Source: Octopus vulgaris (lineage: Eukaryota). Taken from it: a stretch of 64,000 nt of DNA. Where the stretch lies: the NCBI GenBank assembly GCA_951406725.2, contig OX597825.1:44020001-44084000 (forward strand), in the 5' to 3' direction. The notes beneath the pieces are model-generated. The model was not told the origin of the DNA. It made no database searches and saw nothing but the letters and a program-made list of their open reading frames with translations. Shown piece after piece: positions 54,850 to 64,000 of the stretch. The first letter of the stretch is position 1. Every line of letters begins with the position of its first letter. A program made the position numbers and the translations under genes.

Positions 54850-56285
54850 ATCATCATCATCATCATCGTTTAACGTCCGTTTTCCACGCTAGCACGGGTT
54901 GGACGGTTTGACCGGGGTCTGGGGAGCAGGGACTGCCCCAGGCTCCAGTCTGATCTGGCAGTGTTTCTACAGCTGGATGCCCTTCCTAACGCCAACCACT
55001 CCGCGAGTGTAGTGGGTGATTTTTACGTGCCACCTGCACAGGTGCCAGAGGGGTCTGGCATCGGCCACGATCGGTTATTGCCTTTTTTCGTTGCATTGCG
55101 GCAGGGGGGAGGGTTCCGGCAGAGAGGAGAGAGGGAGAGAGAGTGGGGGGTGCATGTAATATAGGGGAGCACCAGTGGGGAAGGTTTGGGGTAAAGAGAA
55201 ACGATGACAGGTAGGGTTGGTGGCAGGTTCTAGACAGAATGAAAAGTAGGAAGTAAAACGTAGGATATCACGAGTGGGGGGGGGGCTGGAAGGAGATAGC
55301 CGGTTGAGGCAGTGACACATTTCAAAACAGGAGGAACATAAGATAACAGGTTCAGTGGGACGTTTGATGAGCTGCAGCGCTAGCTGCTTCTGCCCAGGGG
55401 GAGAGAGGCAGGGGTAAAATACATAGTGAGAAAGTATATTGAGGAGGAGGGGTAGGAGGAACAGACACACGTAGTGGTGGCGGTGGTAGAGGGGATATCC
55501 GGTGAGGATGGTGTAAACAGAGTGTTCTCCGGTATGGGTGGTGGGGGTGGGAGGGCGGGCGAACCGCGAACGAATGGCGGGCTGCGAAGATTTTGATTGG
55601 GGACAGTAGACTTAAAACAATCGGGGTTTGAAGAAGTGAACAGAGTAACGAACAAATTAACTTGGTACCGAGGGGTTAAACAAATTAAAGGGTTATATTT
55701 TAAGAACAAGCAGAATTAGTGAATAGATTCGAACATTTAAGGGTTAACGGCAAATGTATGTGTGTAGTACAAGAGTCGGAAGAAATGAAATGAGAATTCT
55801 TAGCTTGCTTGCTATGATCATCGCTGTGTGGTCAAGAAAGGGTGAATGAAAGAGAAGCACACGAGGTGATTATTTATATAGGTTCACCGGAAGTGGGTTG
55901 GAAAGACGGAAGTTTTGATTGAAAGTAATGGCGGAGGATGAACGAAATATCTTCATACCGAGGCATTTTAAAAAAATTTAAGAATTTTGAGAAGGAAAGA
56001 ACACGCAGGTTAGCGAATGGCGGGCTGCGAGATTTTGATTGGGGACAGTAGACTTAAAACAATCGGGGTTTGAAGAAATGAACAGAGTAACGAACAAATT
56101 AACTTGGTACCGAGGGGTTAAACAAATTAAAGGGTTATATTTTAAGAACAAGCAGAATTAGTGAATAGATTCGAACATTTAAGGGTTAGCAGCAAATGTA
56201 TGTGTGTAGTACAAGAGTCAGAAAAAATGAAATGAGAATTCTTAGCTTGCTTGCTATGATCATCGCTGTGTGGTCAAGAAAGGGT
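54850..56285 (-). mobile_element. Composite unit 2 with an internal ~270-bp direct duplication
   Basis: Family A tail at 54850-55075; 55572-55843 is nearly identical to 56015-56285. Confidence 0.75.
55845..55935 (-). promoter_or_regulatory. Pol II promoter-like motif cluster
   Basis: The minus strand reads CCGCCATT (YY1-like), two ACTTCCG (ETS-like), CTATATAAAT, then TTCATTC about 25 nt downstream. Confidence 0.4.
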
Positions 56286-56297
56286 ACATATATATAT

Positions 56298-58073
56298 ATC
56301 ATCATCATCATCATCATCATCGTTTAACGTCCGTTTTCCGCGCTAGCACGGGTTGGACGGTTTGACCGGGGTCTGGGAAGCCAGGGGCTGCTCCAGGCTC
56401 CAGTCTGATCTGGCAGAGTTTCTACGGCTGGATGCCCTTCCTAACGCCAACCACTCCGCGAGTGGAGTGGGTGCTTTTTACGTGCCACCTGCACAGGTGC
56501 CAAGGTGGGTCTGGCATCGATCACGATCGGTTCGAGCTTTTAACGTGCCAGCGGCACGGAAGCCAGCCAAGGCGGCGCTGGCATCGGTCACGTTCGGATG
56601 GTGCTTTTTGGGGGTGCAGGTAATATAGGGAAGCACCAGTGGGGAGGGTTGGGGTGAGGAACGATGACAGCTAGGGTTGATGCAGGTTCGTAGGAAATAA
56701 AACGTAGGACTTCACGAGTGGGGGAGGGGACTGGAAGGAGATAGCCGGTTGAGGCAGTGACAGATTCAAAAACAGGAGGAAACGTAGGATAGGTGGGGGG
56801 GTGATGAGCTGCGGCGCTAGCTGCTTGTCTTGGTGGGGGGGTAACACACAGTGAAAGCATGTGAGGAGGAGGGGTAGGAGGGAGAGACACACATTATGGT
56901 GGTGAGGGAGGGCATATCCGGTGAGAACAGTGTTCACCGGTATTGGTGGTGGGGGGGGAAAGGGCGGGAGAACAGTGTTCACCGGTATTGGTGACGGGGG
57001 TGGGAAAGGGCAGGAGCACCGCGAATGGTGAAGATCGAATTAAAGGATTGAAGGTTCTTTAGAGAAACGGGCGGAAATGGCGATGTTTTTAGGGTGGCAT
57101 AGAGAAAGAAAAGGAAAGCAAAGCAGATTGGTGGTTATAAGTTCAAAACATTTAAACGGTAGACAAATGTATGTATGTATGAAAAAGAAGGGAGAAAATC
57201 TTCTTAGCTTGCTTATGGACATCGCTGTAAGTCGGAGAAGAAATGATAGTGAATGGTGGAGATCGAATTAAAGGATTGAAGGTTCTTTAGAGAAACGGGC
57301 GGGAATGGTGATGTTTTTAGGGTGGCATAGAGAAAGAAAAGGAAAGCAAAGCAGATTGGTGGTTATAAGTTCAAAACATTTAAACGGTAGACAAATGTAT
57401 GTATGTATGAAAAAGAAGGGAGAAAATCTTCTTAGCTTGCTTATGGACATCGCTGTAAGTCGGAGAAGAAATGATAGTGAATGGTGGAGATCGAATTAAA
57501 GGATTGAAGGTTCTTTAGAGAAACGGGCGGGAATGGCGATGTTTTTAGGGTGGCATAGAGAAAGAAAAGGAAAGCAAAGCAGATTGGTGGTTATAAGTTC
57601 AAAACATTTAAACGGTAGACAAATGTATGTATGTATGAAAAAGAAGGGAGAAAATCTTCTTAGCTTGCTTATGGACATCGCTGTAAGTCGGAGAAGAAAT
57701 GATAGTGAATGGTGGAGATCGAATTAAAGGATTGAAGGTTCTTTAGAGAAACGGGCGGGAATGGCGATGTTTTTAGGGTGGCATAGAGAAAGAAAAGGAA
57801 AGCAAAGCAGATTGGTGGTTATAAGTTCAAAACATTTAAACGGTAGACAAATGTATGTATGTATGAAAAAGAAGGGAGAAAATCTTCTTAGCTTGCTTAT
57901 GGACATCGCTGTAAGTCGGAGAAGAAATGATAGTGAATGGTGGAGATCGAATTAAAGGATTGAAGGTTCTTTAGAGAAACGGGCGGGAATGGCGATGTTT
58001 TTAGGGTGGCATAGAGAAAGAAAAGGAAAGCAAAGCAGATTGGTGGTTATAAGTTCAAAACATTTAAACGGTA
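56298..58073 (-). mobile_element. Composite unit 3 ending in a 228-bp tandem array
   Basis: Family A tail at 56298-56608, shared body, then 228-bp units. Confidence 0.75.
57023..58073. repeat. 228-bp tandem repeat, about 4.6 near-identical copies
   Basis: Units start at 57023, 57251, 57479, 57707 and 57935 (gaatggtg.agatcgaattaaagg). Confidence 0.95.
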
Positions 58074-58116
58074 CATACATACATACAGACATACATATAT
58101 ATATATATATATATAT

Positions 58117-58413
58117 GTCATAGCACTTTGTCGGTTATGGCAACGAGGGTTCCAGTTGATCCAATCAAAGGAACAGCCTGCTCGTGAAGTTAATGTGTAA
58201 GTGGCTGAGCACTCCACAGACATGTGTACCCTTAACGTAATTCTCAAGGAGATTCAGCATGACACAAACTGTGACAAGGCTGGTCTCTTTCCCCGTACAA
58301 CAGAAACGGGAAGAAGAGTGCAGGAAAGTTGTGGCAAAAGACTACACCAGGGTTCGCCACCATCCCCTGCTGGAGTTTCATGGAGCTTTAGGTGTTTTCA
58401 CTCAATAAACACT
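58117..58413 (-). mobile_element. SINE fragment related to 29275-29583
   Basis: gccaccatcccctgctggag...tggagctttaggtgtttt..ctcaataaacactca is shared with 29444-29503. Confidence 0.75.
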
Positions 58414-58486
58414 CATATATATATATATATATATGTATATGTATGTATATATATATATATATATGTATATGTATGTATATATATAT

Positions 58487-58532
<46 letters not shown>

Positions 58533-58533
58533 G

Positions 58534-58605
<72 letters not shown>

Positions 58606-58654
58606 GTATATATATATATATATGTATATGTATGTATATATATATATATATATG

Positions 58655-58725
<71 letters not shown>

Positions 58726-58744
58726 ATATATATATGTCTATATA

Positions 58745-60570
58745 TAAGTGAAATACTGAATGAGCAATTCAAGAGTGTTTTCACCCCACCCCTTGGGCAT
58801 TTCCAAATCAGCAATCCAACTGACTTCTTCACCACTGCAGATATGGGGTCAGAGGCGGCGATGATTGATTCCATCAATATAAAGGAAGACGATGTAATAA
58901 AGGCTATAGATGAGATGGAAACAAACTCAGCTACTGGCCCCGATGGATTCCCAGCAATCCTTCTAAAAGTATGTAAGAGGGTCCTAGCAAGGCCACTGCG
59001 GTCTCTCTTTCAGAGCTTCCTTGCAACTGGCAAACTTCCAAGAAAACTGAAGGAAGGTAAAATATGCCCTATTCATAAAGGAGGTAGCAGAGCGGAGGCC
59101 AAGAACTACAGACCTATCTCTCTAACCTCACACATCAGCAAGGTCATGGAACGAATAGTCAGAAGGAAACTAATCACCTTCCCTGAAGAAAATGACTTGC
59201 TGCCTGACACCCAACATGGTTTCCGACCAGGAAGAAGCTGCTTAACTCAGCTCCCACAACACTATGACTGGGTGCTGAAACAACTGCTCAACTACTCAAA
59301 TGTGGAAGTCATATATCTCGACTTTGCAAAGGCCTTTGATAAAGTCGATCATGGAATGATATGTCCCAAACTGCGTGATCTTGGCATAGTTGGAAAATTG
59401 GGAGAATGGCTTCATGACTTTCTGAAGAATAGAAGTCAGGTGGTAGCAGCCACTTCCATTAACACGCAAATAGTGAGCGGTGTTCCACAGGGCACTGTTT
59501 TGGGACCACTACTGTTCATAATGGCCCTCTCAGACATGCCCTCTGCCACGCAGAGAGCCACGATCACAAGTTATGCAGATGATACAAAAGTTTCACAGGC
59601 AATACAGAACCCTGAAGACACTAAGCACCTGCAATGTGAGCTGGACGAAATATACAAGTGGGCTGAAAAGAATAGCATGCAGTTCAATGCTGAAAAGTTT
59701 CAAGCTTTATACTATCAGCATGCAAAACTGAATGCAATACCCAATGAATACACTGGACCCGGAGGGATTGCAATCCCAGAGGCACAATCAGTGCGTGACC
59801 TGGGTATTCACATGAGTGATGACGCGACCTTTCATGTACATGTTGCTAAACTGGCAATGAAATGTAGACGGCTGGCTGGATGGATTCTTAGAACCTTTAG
59901 AACAAGAGAACAAGAAACCATGATGGTCCTCTGGAGGACACTTGTCCTAAGCCACTTTGACTATTGCTCTCAGCTATGGTCACCATCCAGTGTCAAGTTG
60001 ATCACAGAACTTGAGGCGATCCAACGAAGCTACACGAAGAAGATAGCCTCTGTGCAGCATATGAGCTACTGGGAAAGACTCAAGAGATTAAAGCTCTATT
60101 CCCTGGAGCGTAGGCGAGAAAGATATGCCATGATATATATCTGGAAGATCCTGGAAGGACTTGTCTCAAACTTTGGCATCGAGAGTCACACAAATGCCAG
60201 AACCGGGCGCCACTGCGTAGTACCAAGGACTCCAAATTTGCCATCAAGATGTAGGACAAGATATTGTGATAGCCTGGGCTTCAGAAGCCCACAGCTCTTC
60301 AATATCCTCCCGAAGAACCTGAGGGACCTGCATGGTGTAGATGTGGATGTCTTTAAAGTAGGACTGGATCTCTTCCTGTCAGGTGTCCTGGATGAACCAA
60401 CTTCACGGCAGGAGGTGCAGATGAGGGCAGCTGCATCGAACTCTCTCATGCATCAGATGGCGTTTGCTAAAAAGCATCCGTGAGGTAAAATCGTGTAGCA
60501 AACCAAATGGCGGTGCCCCAGCATGGCCACAACTCATTAGCTGAAACTGGAAAAATCAAAATCATCAAAA
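58745..60570 (+). mobile_element. 5'-truncated CR1/L2-group LINE with an open RT frame (58745-60483)
   Basis: [60 protein letters not shown]; highly similar to 22345-24002; bounded by (TA)n. Confidence 0.95.
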
Positions 60571-60587
60571 TATATATATATATATAT

Positions 60588-61472
60588 ATATTAGAAAAAA
60601 TGAGGTAATCAGATCGGATGGTTCATATTTATAGATATTTATTTATATATTACATTTTTTACATATATATATCTATCATATCATTCAGATCATATCATTT
60701 GGATTATTAGCGCTTTCTCCCAATCCAGTGGGGTTTTCAAATCAAATCAATTCCTTTGTGGGGAATTTGAACATTTTATAGTTTTGTAGTAGTGGGGAGG
60801 AATAAGACAGTATAAGAGGGTGAGGAGGAAGTGAGACAGAGAAAACGTGTGTGTGTGTGTATATGTGTGTGTCTGTATGTGTGTGTGTGCATTTGTATCT
60901 GAGAGGGATGCAAACACACACGCACACAAACACACACGGACACACAGAGACACACACACACACACACACACACACCTCCACAAAACGATCATAGAAAGTA
61001 TGACCCCAAATGACATTTGTCCAGCCAGCCTACCCACAACACACACTCAGTGACACCAGAATGGACAGAGAGCTAAAATTCTTAGAAAACCATAGGGGGT
61101 CCAGCAGGCCAACAGAAATACTTCTTCTTCCCTCTCAGATACAAACACACACACACACACATACACAGACACACATATACACACACACACACACATACAC
61201 ATACACACATGTTTTCTCTGTCTCACTTCCTCCTCATCCTCTTATACTGTCTTATTCCTCCCCACTACTATGAAACTCTATAAAATGTTCAAATTCCCCA
61301 CAAAGGAATTGATTTGATTTGAAAACCCGACTGGATTGGGAGAAAGCGCTAATAATTCAAATGATATGATCTGAATGATATGATAGATATATATATGTAA
61401 AAAATGTAATATATAAATAAATATCTATAAATATGAACCATCCGATCTGATTACCTCATTTTTTCTAATATA
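60588..61472. repeat. Large fold-back element: ~320-bp inverted arms and ~220-bp spacer, set in (TA)n
   Basis: 60588-60908 is the reverse complement of about 61128-61472 with few mismatches. Confidence 0.92.
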
Positions 61473-61499
61473 TAATACCTGTACATCATCTCCAAACCT

Positions 61500-61673
<174 letters not shown>

Positions 61674-61948
61674 ATGTATATATATGTATATATATATATG
61701 TATATATATATGTATATATATGTATGTATATATATGTATATATATATATATGTATATATATATGTATATATATGTATGTATGTATATATATATGTATATA
61801 TATGTATGTATATATATATATATGTATATATATGTATGTATATATATGTATATATATGTATATATATATGTATATATATATGTATATATATGTATGTATA
61901 TATATGTATATATATATGTATGTATATATATATATGTATATATATATG

Positions 61949-61981
<33 letters not shown>

Positions 61982-62038
61982 GTATATATATATATGTATA
62001 TATGTATATATATATATATGTATATATATATGTGTATG

Positions 62039-62075
<37 letters not shown>

Positions 62076-62184
62076 GTATATATATATATGTATATGTATA
62101 TATGTATATATATATATGTATATATGTATATATATATATATATGTATATATATGTATGTATATATATGTATATATATATATATT

Positions 62185-64000
62185 TAATGAAATGGATAAA
62201 TAAATTATCTTGTTACGGATTATTCAAAATTTAACCGATACCTGTGTAGCAAAAATCACACCAGAAAAGACACGGTTGAGGTTACGACCATGGAGTTTCG
62301 CCCCGTGCTTTAGCGCGGATAATTGAAGTTTTATATATTTAGTGAAGGGAAGAAATGGAGCCGAACGAAGATTCTACAAAATTCCTTTTTATTATTTTCT
62401 ACACATGTTTCAAAGGCTGCAAATTCCCAAATTCAGATTGAATAAGGAGACCATTCTGCAGCTTTCTCTTCAGGAAAATCCAGGAATTTAAAATCTCAAA
62501 ACAAATGCGCAGCAAGCTTTTCGAACAAAACGCTCCCTAGGAGCCCATGGTAAAAATGGCACAAAACTGTCTCTCAATATGCGCTGACGTCAGAGTGGGT
62601 GAAGGCCCGACGAAAAAATCCGTTGGAATAAACCTAGGTCAAACCACGGTCAAATCAGGTAGGGGAAGAATCACAGAAAACCCAAAGAGTGTGAATATAT
62701 TCTGTATAACTAGTGTTAATGTTCAAATTGTTTTAAGCATGACAGCTATCTTATTTGGGTGTGAGGAACTACCTACTTGTATGTATGTGTGTATGCACCT
62801 ATGTATGTGTGGCAGTATGTTAGGAAGCAGCTAGAGAAAAAATATATTGTATTGTAGGCATTGTTGGTCAAGCGGCTGATAAAATTCTGTGTCTGTGTGT
62901 TCGTCTATGACCAGTTTATCTACAGATGACTTGTCAAAAAACAGGGGAGTTATTGTTACGATATTGTTTCTAAAAAAAGTAGCAGAACATACGCTAAAAG
63001 GGGAGTAAAGGATTAATAAAAATAAGAATAATGGTAATAGAACCAGCACAGAGATTAGCAATCCCCATACCAGGCATGGAGTTAATAATAGGAATAATGA
63101 TAGGAGCAATGGTGACGACTCTAACGTTAGTAATCGGAATAGGGATGAGAGCACTGTCCGAGTCATTAATGTAGAGAGTCCCAATATCAATTTTAGCAAC
63201 GGGTTTGACAAAAGTAGCATCACGGACATTAGCAATCACAGCGATCTCAGTGGCAGGGAATATATAGGTGATATTCCATTAAATAGTATTGATAATGGGG
63301 TGTATAATGTCGAAGACAGCCGTAGTTCTCACAATCATAATAGTAATAAGAACGCCGTGTTAATATCGGAAGCCAATCCCAATAGAATAAGGTTCTTATC
63401 TAGTAATTCCAAGATTAGAAATGCCATTTACCAATGCAGAGTTTATACTGGATCGGATGTCTACTCGTATATTGGAGCGTCATCATCAAAATTGGCCGTG
63501 AGAATATCGAACCGCTTCACAACTTTTCGCGATTTTAGAAAACAACACGCTACCGGACTAAGTAAATTAATCTGGCGTTTGAAGAACGTGAATTCAGCAT
63601 TTAGACTGGAATGGTCGATTTTATCGGTGGCTGTACCGTTTGATAGGGGCAAAAGAATCTGTAATCTCTGTAACTCTGAACTTTTTCACATTTTGTTCGC
63701 CCGAGGGCAGCTAGTGAACGGGATTTTGCAACACTCTTTCAGATGTCCCCACTGGAGGCGACTGACATTTCTTGCATACAATTGAAGCCTAAGATAATTA
63801 ACACCTTGATGTCATAAGAAAAGAAAAAATTGTTTGGAAGAAATTTGGAAAAAATTTTGAATTAAATTTGAAAGGGGAAATTACTCCCCTTTTAGCGTAT
63901 GTTCTGCTACTTTTTTTAGAAGGCCACGGGTTATGGACTCACTTGTCCTGCCGGGTCCTCTCGCGCACAGCACACTTCCAGAGGTCTCGGTCTCTAGTCA
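62185..64000 (+). mobile_element. Second Naiad-like Penelope element: 5'-truncated ORF preceded by a probable inverted pLTR; runs off the window
   Basis: Open frame about 63008-63785: Asn-rich linker, AIYQCRV......SYIGAS, ATGLSKLIWRLK, W.IL, CNLC..E, CPH. Antisense hammerhead upstream. Confidence 0.88.
62394..62479 (-). ncRNA. Type I hammerhead ribozyme
   Basis: AUUUUC-CUGAAGA-GAAAGCUGCAG...UUGCAGCCUUU-GAAAC-AUGU-GUA^GAAAAU: perfect 6-bp stem I. Confidence 0.88.

Noticed and set aside
57040-57955. Repeated 60-aa and 64-aa ORFs as a tandem peptide gene family
   Set aside because: They are a by-product of the 228-bp repeat. The homologous 270-bp unit does not keep the frame.
58201-60483. 760-aa ORF as a novel fusion protein
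   Set aside because: The N-terminal ~180 aa is chance read-through of a SINE and a (TA)n array. Only 58745 onward is LINE RT.

Overview
Eukaryotic, AT-rich, repeat-saturated animal DNA. The microsatellite load and the SINE/LINE families suggest a coleoid cephalopod, probably Octopus (inference, not verified). Most of the window is nested transposon debris. It holds a near-intact, very young Naiad-like Penelope element (14147-20943), two further Penelope fragments, a Gypsy relic split exactly by a non-autonomous Helitron, CR1/L2, RTE, HERO-like, R4-like and Tx1/L1-like LINE pieces, Tc1/mariner and piggyBac relics, many SINEs and very long (TA)n arrays. One probable host gene appears as four phase-compatible + strand exons (37692-43502). 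The main observations are: (i) five well-formed and several degenerate minimal type I hammerhead ribozymes with palindromic stem III; (ii) the Penelope ORF is broken only by one missing C in a homopolymer, and its 5' inversion breakpoint lies within the ribozyme; (iii) three related composite units at 52.5-58.1 kb join promoter-like motifs, VNTRs and an RTE/SINE-type 3' tail. All family assignments come from motifs recognised by eye; no database search was run.
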